NCBI RefSeq assembly: GCF_900232105.1
Contig: NZ_LT934425.1
Span: 3,690,001-3,722,000, forward strand
From: Candidatus Kuenenia stuttgartensis
Lineage (GTDB): Bacteria; Planctomycetota; Brocadiia; Brocadiales; Brocadiaceae
DNA length: 32,000 bases
Reading direction: 5' to 3'
Notes under the pieces: model-generated
What the model saw: only the letters and a program-made list of their open reading frames with translations
What the model was told of the DNA's origin: nothing
Databases searched by the model: none
Position numbers and translations under genes: made by a program
Shown: positions 16,031 to 23,481 of the stretch, in pieces
Numbering within the stretch: position 1 is the stretch's first letter
How the letters are laid out: every line of letters begins with the position of its first letter

Positions 16031-17467
16031 ATGTTGTTTAAGAAAGTATTGTTGTCGTTTGGTTTTATGGGAATTTTGTATGGTGTGCAGTCATTGCCGC
16101 AGGATCACTCAATGGTTTTGGCGGCATCTATCAACGGTATTATAGTAGATGAAAATGGCGTTGGGATAGAGAAGGCCGAGGTGACGATTAAAGGGAAAAA
16201 AGGGCATGATAAGAAGCAAAAAATAAAAACAGATTCCGATGGGCTTTATGAGTTTACTGGACTGAAAAAAGGAAAATACACGATTAAGGTGACGTCTGTT
16301 GGATATAAAAACGGGAAGGAAAAAGTAAAGATTGGAAATAACGCAGATGATGTCGAGGGTGATTTTACATTGAATTTTGATGAATACGTGAAGACAAACG
16401 ACACTGAAACGATGGATGATGCCGTATCGGCTTTTCAGCAAATTGGCACATTGAGAAAAGAAGACCCTGTCAATATAGAAGAGATTGTATCTCTATATGA
16501 GGAATATTTACAGGATTTAACGCAGCAATTGGATAGTGAATATAGTCTGACCATGGACGAAGACCTGATTTCTGCAATGGGTGATATTGAAAATGATATT
16601 GACCCAAAGCTGGCAGGGCAGGTAATCGACAAAACGCTGCAACGGGTATTTTACCTGGCGATTTATGACAGAATTACAGAGGTCAACAATGATTTTGATG
16701 ACGAAAGTACTTCATATCTGGGAACATTATGGGATGAGGCATATGCTGCTTATCAGGCATTGTTTAGTACGGCAGACAGGGAAAATAAGGTGCTGACGGA
16801 GGACCGTTTGTCCATAGAAACAGGGAGTAATCCGAATCTTGAGGATGGGGTTACTGTTGCATTTATACGGGGAAAAGCAGCGTTAAATAAAAAAGATTTA
16901 GACGAAGACGAGATTACCGTAGGGGTCCAGAGGCAGGTTATCCGGTTATCCCTTATCAGGTCTTTCTATATTGCAGTATTGAGGGAAGTGGAGAGCATTA
17001 TCAATAATCGCGATACAGACCTTGAGAAGGCATTGGAATATCAGAAAGAAGGAGAAGTTTATTACAGAATCATCGAAGAATATGTTTCCCGTGATAATCC
17101 TTCCGGAAATGAGACGATAAAAAGCCAACTGACTGGCGATGTGTCGGAGGTAGATGCCGATACCATTGTAAGTGAAATGAGCAGGGGTTTTATTGGCCGG
17201 GTAGAAGGGGAGTTGGATGCTGCCGAATCCAACATAAGCGAAGGTGACCGTAAAGATGCCATGATTGTAGCTGAAGAGGCATTGCTTTATTCAGAAGTAT
17301 TTCTGGAAGATTTGGGATTACGGTTGGGTGATGATGCTATGGATGATATGGAAGATGCGCTCCATGATTTGAGGAATGCCAGCGATAAAATGAAAGCATC
17401 ATCTGCCGCATCCGCCATAGAAACAATCAGTTCACTTATTGAGAGTTACGAAAACGAATTGCTGTAG
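16031..17467 (+). CDS. secreted protein: CarboxypepD_reg-like domain plus about 370-aa highly acidic helical domain of unknown function
   Basis: The track ORF starts at GTG 15992, but I prefer the ATG at 16031, which has AAGGAGG 8 nt upstream and gives the signal peptide MLFKKVLLSFGFMGILYGVQS. The Ig-like domain (INGIIVDENGVGIEKAEVTIKG...DGLYEFTGLKKGKYTIKVTSVGY) is paralogous to that of the 15481 gene. Confidence 0.8.
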   Translation: MLFKKVLLSFGFMGILYGVQSLPQDHSMVLAASINGIIVDENGVGIEKAEVTIKGKKGHDKKQKIKTDSDGLYEFTGLKKGKYTIKVTSVGYKNGKEKVKIGNNADDVEGDFTLNFDEYVKTNDTETMDDAVSAFQQIGTLRKEDPVNIEEIVSLYEEYLQDLTQQLDSEYSLTMDEDLISAMGDIENDIDPKLAGQVIDKTLQRVFYLAIYDRITEVNNDFDDESTSYLGTLWDEAYAAYQALFSTADRENKVLTEDRLSIETGSNPNLEDGVTVAFIRGKAALNKKDLDEDEITVGVQRQVIRLSLIRSFYIAVLREVESIINNRDTDLEKALEYQKEGEVYYRIIEEYVSRDNPSGNETIKSQLTGDVSEVDADTIVSEMSRGFIGRVEGELDAAESNISEGDRKDAMIVAEEALLYSEVFLEDLGLRLGDDAMDDMEDALHDLRNASDKMKASSAASAIETISSLIESYENELL

Positions 17468-17629
17468 TTTAGGTTTTTAATCTGAACCCGCTTTATGTAT
17501 TGTCAATGTAGCGTTGATTATCTCAGGCGTTATTATCCAAATAAACCACGTGGAAGCCCGCCAGGAAAATGGAAGTATGTTGTGAGTTTGGATTTTATTT
17601 AACGGTCTTTCGTGTAGCAAGGAGATTCT

Positions 17630-18616
17630 ATGAACAGAAATAAAAAGATTTATTCGATACTTTTTTTTTTGATACTGGCAACAGGGATTTCTGTAACGGC
17701 TTATTACAGGTCCGGAAATGCAGAAGAGCATTCTCAATATGAACATGCAAAATCGGATGTAAAAAACAAGTTAGGTAAAAAAAGCAAAAAGATTAGCTTT
17801 ACCAATGATATATTGCCGCTCTTTACTGAGCCACAAAAAAGAGGCGGTGAGGAATCGGTTGTATGCGTCAGATGCCATTTTACGAGTCTTACCATAGAAA
17901 GCAGCGGAATTCAGGAAAACGCCTTTGCAGAATTTAGCCTGGGGTCATATGCGGATATTATGGCAGGGGCTGACGCAGGTACAGAACCTATTATTGATAT
18001 TGAAGATCCTGATATAAGCTTGTTGTTGCAAAGGCTGGAGGGAAAGGGCGATGATATGGCGGCGGGCGACGCGCGCATGCCATACGGCGGCCCGTTTTTT
18101 AAAAAAAATAAAATCAAAAAAATCCGCACCTGGATAGAACAGGGGGCAATTGATGATACTCCGGAACCTGATTTTAATCGTGATGTACTTCCACTGTTGA
18201 CTAAATCGGTAAATGGCAATATTCCTTGCAGTCTATGTCACTATAATAATAATGATGCTAGTTCCAAAGAACGTTCGCCTGCTCAGGCATGCATGGATTT
18301 GACAAGTTGGGAGGGGATAATATCAGGTGCTGACGGGATTGAACACGAGGAACTTGTGGATAGAGAAAACCCATCGAATAGTTTACTAGTACGACGGCTG
18401 CGCGGTCAGGTAACGGAAGAGGAAAAAGAAAATGATCACAGAATGCCTTACGGAGGCCCCTATTTTAGCGAATATGAAATCCAGAAGATAGAGCGCTGGA
18501 TAGCCAGCGGGGCAAAGGGGCCTAATGGTGAGGATCCCAGTGAGGCAGACATCAGCGATGCAGGGGTATGTCCCGAAGGAAGTGGCAGCGGCAGCGGAAG
18601 TGGAAACGATAAATGA
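17630..18616 (+). CDS. dihaem Planctomycete-type cytochrome c (two PSCyt1-like repeats) with Gly/Ser tail
   Basis: 328 aa with AAGGAG 5 nt upstream and an N-terminal transmembrane/signal segment. It has two internal repeats, each with CxxCH (CVRCH, CSLCH) ... SLL(L/V)(Q/R)RL.G ... RMPYGGP(F/Y)F ... I..WI..GA, the pattern I recognise as the Planctomycete cytochrome C domain. It ends PEGSGSGSGSGNDK. Confidence 0.85.
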   Translation: MNRNKKIYSILFFLILATGISVTAYYRSGNAEEHSQYEHAKSDVKNKLGKKSKKISFTNDILPLFTEPQKRGGEESVVCVRCHFTSLTIESSGIQENAFAEFSLGSYADIMAGADAGTEPIIDIEDPDISLLLQRLEGKGDDMAAGDARMPYGGPFFKKNKIKKIRTWIEQGAIDDTPEPDFNRDVLPLLTKSVNGNIPCSLCHYNNNDASSKERSPAQACMDLTSWEGIISGADGIEHEELVDRENPSNSLLVRRLRGQVTEEEKENDHRMPYGGPYFSEYEIQKIERWIASGAKGPNGEDPSEADISDAGVCPEGSGSGSGSGNDK

Positions 18617-18942
18617 ATAGTGTACTTTCCGGGAAAACCGGCGGCAAAAAAAAAGAATGGAGGTGTGTTGTGTCAGCAATGGTAATAAGTAGTGCAGAGG
18701 GCTTTGCCGGTATGGCGAAACCACTCGAAGATTACGGTATTACAAATATTCATTTTTGTAGTGTTAAGGAGAGAACGGATTTGGACGCTACCGCAATTGC
18801 ATTTGTGCCGTTTGTTGATTTTATCATAGTAGGGAGAGATGCCGGTGGTTCTCCCTACCTCAATACTATACTGAAAGAAGCAAAAGAACTTCAGATACCA
18901 GTATTGCAAGAGAGCTGCATAGCGGAGCAGGGGAAAAAATGA
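18613..18942 (+). CDS. DUF2325-like small protein (paralogue of 27267..27584)
   Basis: The ATG at 18613 overlaps the upstream stop (ATGA). An alternative start is GTG 18670, 6 nt after GGAGG (18659-18663). From residue 23 it aligns by eye with the 27267 protein: MVISSAEGFAGMAKPLEDYGITNIHF / MSVLIVGGDHLGSIPKELDKIGVNDIKH, and VDFIIVGRD...KEAKELQIPV / MDFIIVLCD...EYASLKEIPV. Confidence 0.6.
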   Translation: MNSVLSGKTGGKKKEWRCVVSAMVISSAEGFAGMAKPLEDYGITNIHFCSVKERTDLDATAIAFVPFVDFIIVGRDAGGSPYLNTILKEAKELQIPVLQESCIAEQGKK

Positions 18943-19016
18943 GCCCTGAATAAAACGGGGAGCAATTACCATTTTCCTTGCTGCTATTGAATGGTGAAAT
19001 CCGAAGTCATCAACAC

Positions 19017-19112
19017 TCAATCTACAATCTACAGTCGGCAAATTGCAGATTGAGGACTGAGGACTAATGACTGTTTTTTTGCTTGTTTACTTCTGGCTAT
19101 GCCAGCTTAGGA
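19017..19112. repeat. heptamer/inverted-repeat module plus GCTTAGGAG terminus
   Basis: caatcta caatcta cagtcgg caaattgcagattgagga ctgagga ctaatga ... ttctggctatgccagcttaggag. It matches 15331-15386 and the terminus at 13541-13565. Confidence 0.75.
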
Positions 19113-19458
19113 GGGAAAATAAAAAATGAGAAGGTTTGCATATTGGTATCTCTTTTCTTTGACGGGTTTGTTGGTTATAAGTATGTTGTACGCATTAGTT
19201 TGATTGTATAGAAATTATTACGGAGTTATTCATCATGTATTATGTTTTTAAATTGTGTAAGGTGCTCTTTGTAGTAACGATGTAGTTTTTTGAAAAATTC
19301 CAATAATAGCGCTGCTTGCCGCATAGTGTAGGGGAGAAGCATTTGTTATAATCGGTTGCTGCTCGTTCCTCACTTGATATCTACGCCCACTAAATTCATG
19401 TAGTGCGACGAACCTCGTCGCACTACAAATGACAATTTCCAGTTTCAAAAGACTAAAG

Positions 19459-21341
19459 TGTTACTCTTTGTAACGGATGTTCACCCCTGCCAAAACGCAT
19501 AAGTGCTTAATACATAGTTTGTTAAGGCTGTATTTTTAATAAATATGTAGTCACTAATATATTGTTATTATACGACAATATACTTGACGGATAATGGTTG
19601 TTATCTGTACAATGGTGGACATGCATATTGTAGAGAACAAGTCAAAATCCGGTAAAAAAATCTATCGATCTACCCTTCTGCGGGAATCGTACCGTGAGGA
19701 TGGGAAGGTCAAGAAACGCACCATTGCGAATCTGTCGAATTGCACTCCCCTGGAGATTGAAGCGATAAGACTTGCACTCGCACATAAAGACGATCTCTGT
19801 GCATTGGGCGCATTGTCAGAATCGGTGAAACTCCATGAGGGTTTGTCTATGGGAGCAGCGTGGAGCGTGTACCAAGTGGCAAAGGAATTAGGGATAGAAG
19901 AGGCATTGGGAAAGGACTTTGAAGGAAAGCTGGCGCTTTGGCAAGTAATGGCAAGGGTAATAGGCCAGGGGTCAAGACTGTCTGCAGTAAGGCTGGCGCA
20001 GATACATGCTGCGGGTGACGTCCTGGATATGAAGCGTGGGTTTGACGAGAACAATCTGTACGATAATTTGTCATGGTTGTCAGAGAATCAGGCAAAGATA
20101 GAGCGAAAGCTGTTTGAGTTAAGACGAGGAGGCAATAAGCCGAAGTTGTTTTTGTATGACGTGACGAGCAGTTATTTAGAGGGGAAGTCGAATCATTTTG
20201 GTGAGTACGGGTATAATCGTGACGGCAAAAAGAGGAAAAAACAGATAGTGATCGGTATGCTTTGTGATGAATCCGGGGAGCCGGTATCAACAGAAGTATT
20301 TAGGGGCAACACCCAGGATCCGAAGACCTTTGAATCTCAGGTAAAGAAGGTATTAGAGCGGTTTGGATGCAAAGATGTAACGATTGTAGGAGATCGTGGG
20401 ATGATCAAGACGGTGCAAATCGAAAGTTTACCGGAAGGGTTTCATTACATAACGGCGATAACTAAGCCGCAGATAGAGTCGTTGATAAATAAAGGGATAC
20501 TGCAATTAGGATTGTTCGAAGAAAAGCTCTGCGAGATAAAGGATGATGAGGTTAGATATATTCTGAGGCGCAATCCGGTAAGGGCGGAAGAGATGTCAAA
20601 GACCCGTGTATCAAAATTACAGAGTATAGAGAAATACATCGTGAAGAAGAACAGTTATCTGAAGGAACATCCTAAGTCGTCAGTATCGAAGGCACTGGAA
20701 ACAACAAGGGAAAGGCTAACGAGATTGAAACTTGATGGGTGGGTGCAGATAAAAGAAGAGGATAGGACGCTAAAGATAGAGAGAGATGAGGAAGCATTAA
20801 AGGAGGCATCATACCTTGATGGTTGTTACGCAATCAAGACTGATCTTGAGGAGAACGAGGCGGATACCAATCTGGTACATGAACGATACAAGGATTTAAC
20901 GGAAGTGGAGAAGGCGTTTCGGGACTGTAAGACGGTGAATTTGGAGGTTCGTCCGGTGTATGTAAGAAAGGAGGATAGTACACGGGGACATGTGTTTGTG
21001 GTAATGCTTGCGTACATGATAATTCGAAGGCTGCGCAGAGCGTGGAAGAATTTTGACTTGACGGTAGAGGAAGGTCTCGCACAATTGACGACCATTTGTT
21101 CGATGGAAGTAACAATCAAAGGCCAAAAAGCTAGTTGCCAGAAGATCCCGCGTCCGCGGCAACAATCACATGAATTATTAGAGGCATTACAGATAAAGTT
21201 GCCAGAAGTATTGCCAAGCCGGAACATACGGGTAGTCACTAGAAAAAAGCTTGCTGTTCGGCGTAAAAGTCAATAAATATAAGGCTTTTACGGCACTTTT
21301 GTTTTTTGACTTGGGGTGAACATCCGTTGTAAGTAATAACA
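19459..21341 (+). mobile_element. IS1634-family (IS4-related) insertion sequence, about 1.88 kb, apparently intact
   Basis: A single 560-aa DDE transposase ORF is bounded by imperfect terminal inverted repeats: gttactctttgtaacggatgttcacccc (19460-19487) versus the reverse complement of 21313-21340, gttattacttacaacggatgttcacccc. That is 23/28 identical, including a perfect 16-bp inner run. No target-site duplication is recognisable, so the ends are uncertain to a few nt. Confidence 0.85.
19594..21276 (+). CDS. IS1634-family DDE transposase
   Basis: The N-terminus VENKSKSGKKIYRSTLLRESYREDGKVKKRTIANLS is typical of the family. Catalytic blocks are present: LFLYDVTSSYLEG, IVGDRGMI and YKDLTEVEKAFRDCK (the Y..R...E......K-like region). 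Alternative ATG starts lie at 19612 and 19621. Confidence 0.9.
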   Translation: MVVICTMVDMHIVENKSKSGKKIYRSTLLRESYREDGKVKKRTIANLSNCTPLEIEAIRLALAHKDDLCALGALSESVKLHEGLSMGAAWSVYQVAKELGIEEALGKDFEGKLALWQVMARVIGQGSRLSAVRLAQIHAAGDVLDMKRGFDENNLYDNLSWLSENQAKIERKLFELRRGGNKPKLFLYDVTSSYLEGKSNHFGEYGYNRDGKKRKKQIVIGMLCDESGEPVSTEVFRGNTQDPKTFESQVKKVLERFGCKDVTIVGDRGMIKTVQIESLPEGFHYITAITKPQIESLINKGILQLGLFEEKLCEIKDDEVRYILRRNPVRAEEMSKTRVSKLQSIEKYIVKKNSYLKEHPKSSVSKALETTRERLTRLKLDGWVQIKEEDRTLKIERDEEALKEASYLDGCYAIKTDLEENEADTNLVHERYKDLTEVEKAFRDCKTVNLEVRPVYVRKEDSTRGHVFVVMLAYMIIRRLRRAWKNFDLTVEEGLAQLTTICSMEVTIKGQKASCQKIPRPRQQSHELLEALQIKLPEVLPSRNIRVVTRKKLAVRRKSQ

Positions 21342-21345
21342 AACA

Positions 21346-22320
21346 ATGACTTCCATTGAATCAGGCATTAAGGCCTCTGTGCTTGGTATAATTATTAATA
21401 CAGCGCTGGCAATAATTAAAATCATTACCGGCATCATCGGGCATTCGTATGCATTAATTGCAGACGGCATTGAATCCACTACGGATGTCATCAGTTCTGT
21501 TATCGTATGGAGCGGCCTGAGAATAGCATCAGAACCTCCGGATGAAAAACACCCTTACGGGCATGGAAAGGCAGACTCTATTGCAGGACTGTTTGTTTCC
21601 ATGTTATTATTTGGGGCAGCCTTGTTTATTGCAGTTCATAGTATTAAAGATATTCTGGTTCCCCATAAAACACCTGAATGGTTTACGCTTATCGTATTAG
21701 TGTTTGTCATTGTAACAAAAGAAATACTCTTTCGGTTTGTTATTTCCATCGGAGATTCAATAGACAGTACCGCATTGCAAGGTGACGCATGGCATCATCG
21801 GGCTGACGCACTTACTTCAGCCGCGGCATTAATTGGTATTTCAATTGCTCTTATAGGCGGCAAAGGCTATGAAAGCGCAGACAGTTGGGCGGCTTTATTT
21901 GCATGTGTGATTATAACTTTTAACGGTATGAAACTTTTCAGGACAGCGCTCAATGAGGTAATGGATGCCTCAGCTCCGCAAACAATAAAAGATGAAACCA
22001 TTAGAATGGCAAAACAGGTAGAGGGTGTTTTATCGATCGGGAAATGCAGGATTAGAAAAAGCGGAATTACGCTGCTGGTAGATATTCATGTGCAGGTTGA
22101 AGGTGAGATGAGTGTAATGGAAAGCCATGCGATTGCACACCTGGTAAAAGACGAGCTGATTAATAAAAATGTAAATATCCGCGATGTGGTAGTGCATATA
22201 GAACCGTACCATTCTGATAAAATAAATGTAAAAGAATACAATGGACTTTCATTTTTTTCATATGTAAGCTCAATTTGGTTTTTATTACTTTTATTTGACA
22301 AAAAGGAGAATACCATATGA
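21346..22320 (+). CDS. cation diffusion facilitator (CDF) family divalent-metal transporter
   Basis: 324 aa with six transmembrane segments. The TM2 block is SYALIADGIESTTD and the TM5 block is WHHRADALTS (the metal-site H/D pairs of CDFs). A C-terminal cytoplasmic domain follows, then an extra hydrophobic tail. There is an in-frame TAA at 21337-21339, and the IS end lies 4-5 nt upstream of the ATG. Confidence 0.9.
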   Translation: MTSIESGIKASVLGIIINTALAIIKIITGIIGHSYALIADGIESTTDVISSVIVWSGLRIASEPPDEKHPYGHGKADSIAGLFVSMLLFGAALFIAVHSIKDILVPHKTPEWFTLIVLVFVIVTKEILFRFVISIGDSIDSTALQGDAWHHRADALTSAAALIGISIALIGGKGYESADSWAALFACVIITFNGMKLFRTALNEVMDASAPQTIKDETIRMAKQVEGVLSIGKCRIRKSGITLLVDIHVQVEGEMSVMESHAIAHLVKDELINKNVNIRDVVVHIEPYHSDKINVKEYNGLSFFSYVSSIWFLLLLFDKKENTI

Positions 22321-22386
22321 CTAATAATGCAGTATTTTATTGGTGGATTTTTTAAATAAACATTTATAAGAGGAAATTCGGGAGGG

Positions 22387-23478
22387 ATGGTTATGGGTAT
22401 TTTAAATACATTTAAAAAAGTATATGCAGTGACGGGTTTTTTTGCCTTGTTAGCAGTATTTTCTCTATCGCAGGTGGGGTCCTCTGCTTTTGCCGCGTGT
22501 GCAAAAGTAGATGATTGCTTTTCGTGTCATACCACACAAGAATTAAATGCAGTCCATAAAAATACTCCATACCAGGGACAAAGCTGTATTGTGTGTCACA
22601 AAGCTTTTGCTGCAGATGATACATGCTCAGACGCAAAAGATGGTAGATTCGCAAAAATTTCATCTGAAATAAACATCAACAAAGAAGATTGGAACAAAAT
22701 TCAACGTGCAGTCCATGAGACAACAGAAAAGCATCTTGTAGGGAGAAAATTCTTAAACATTTACGGACCACTTGGAACAGGCGCCCAGAGTGTGCCACTT
22801 GATACGTATGGCCTGCCATCATGGGCAAGCATTGATATGCTGGGCGAGGGCAATGAGGCGATACATCCCCTTAAGAGGGAAATTGCTCAAATATACCTTA
22901 TTTACAAAGACTTTTGGCTTTTCCGGAGAGATATTGAGTTCAGCAAAAAGTGTGAGACGCCCATTGATATAAGTGCTGCAATAGGAGCTGCGGTGTCTGT
23001 TTCCAGGAAAGAGGACGACATGGTTTTTAACGGTTTGTCTGAGATGGGCATTCCGGGGCTTTTGACTGCAAGCGGCAGGAATATAATGAAACTCAGTGAT
23101 TGGTCAGTTATTGGAAACGGCTTTCAGGATGTTGTATTGGCAGTAGAGAAACTGACAAGCAGGGGTTTTAATGGCCCGTTTGCTTTGGTAGTGAGTCCAA
23201 AGTTGTATGCATATCTCCACAGGGTTTATGAGCGTACAGGACAATTAGAGATACAGGGGGTAAAAGAGTTGGTAAACGGGGGTGTTTATCAGAGCTACGT
23301 TTTTAATAAAGATGTGGCGCTCGTAATTGCAACGGGCAGTCTGAATATGGACCTTGCCGTAGGGAGCAATTATAAAGTAGAGTACTGGGGCCCTCAGGAT
23401 CTGAACCACCGGTTCAGGGTTGTGGGGAGTTCTGTGCTCAGGATTAAATGTCCGCAGGCAATTTGTACATTGGAGTAG
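22387..23478 (+). CDS. family-1 encapsulin shell protein with N-terminal Sec signal peptide and dihaem cytochrome c domain
   Basis: 363 aa. Residues 1-37 are signal-peptide-like (...SQVGSSAFA|A). Residues 38-90 carry two CxxCH motifs (CFSCH, CIVCH). Residues about 95-363 match the encapsulin/Linocin-M18 pattern along their full length (EDWNKIQRAVHETTEKHLVGRKFLNIYGPLG..., ...FNGPFALVVSPKLYAYLHRV..., ...YKVEYWGPQD...FRVVGSSVLRIK). The SD GGGAGGG (22380-22386) favours the second ATG at 22393. Confidence 0.9.
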   Translation: MVMGILNTFKKVYAVTGFFALLAVFSLSQVGSSAFAACAKVDDCFSCHTTQELNAVHKNTPYQGQSCIVCHKAFAADDTCSDAKDGRFAKISSEININKEDWNKIQRAVHETTEKHLVGRKFLNIYGPLGTGAQSVPLDTYGLPSWASIDMLGEGNEAIHPLKREIAQIYLIYKDFWLFRRDIEFSKKCETPIDISAAIGAAVSVSRKEDDMVFNGLSEMGIPGLLTASGRNIMKLSDWSVIGNGFQDVVLAVEKLTSRGFNGPFALVVSPKLYAYLHRVYERTGQLEIQGVKELVNGGVYQSYVFNKDVALVIATGSLNMDLAVGSNYKVEYWGPQDLNHRFRVVGSSVLRIKCPQAICTLE

Positions 23479-23481
23479 GTT

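Noticed and set aside
19248-19448. 66-aa minus-strand ORF between the repeat region and the IS
   Set aside because: It spans a 13-bp-stem hairpin (tgtagtgcgacga-acc-tcgtcgcactaca, 19399-19427) and a segment shared with the dispersed repeat at 31067-31097, which produces the shared AIIGIFQKT peptide. It therefore reads repeat DNA rather than a gene.
19662-21239. Minus-strand and alternate-frame ORFs inside the IS: 19662..20054, 19847..20290, 20445..20639, 20826..21239, 20834..21115, 20896..21165
   Set aside because: All are nested in the 560-aa transposase CDS, which has clear DDE-family blocks. There is no evidence for a second IS gene.
19430-21365. Target-site duplication, or duplication of the CDF 5' end, across the IS
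   Set aside because: The flanks (…gactaaagtg | …aaacaatgac) share no clear 5-8-bp direct repeat. The faint similarity between aaatgacaatttccag (left) and caatgacttccattg (right) is too weak to claim.
22340-22368. Promoter for the encapsulin gene (TTGGTG-N17-TTTATA)
   Set aside because: Both hexamers are poor matches, and the 66-nt spacer may simply be transcribed from upstream. Not supportable from sequence alone.
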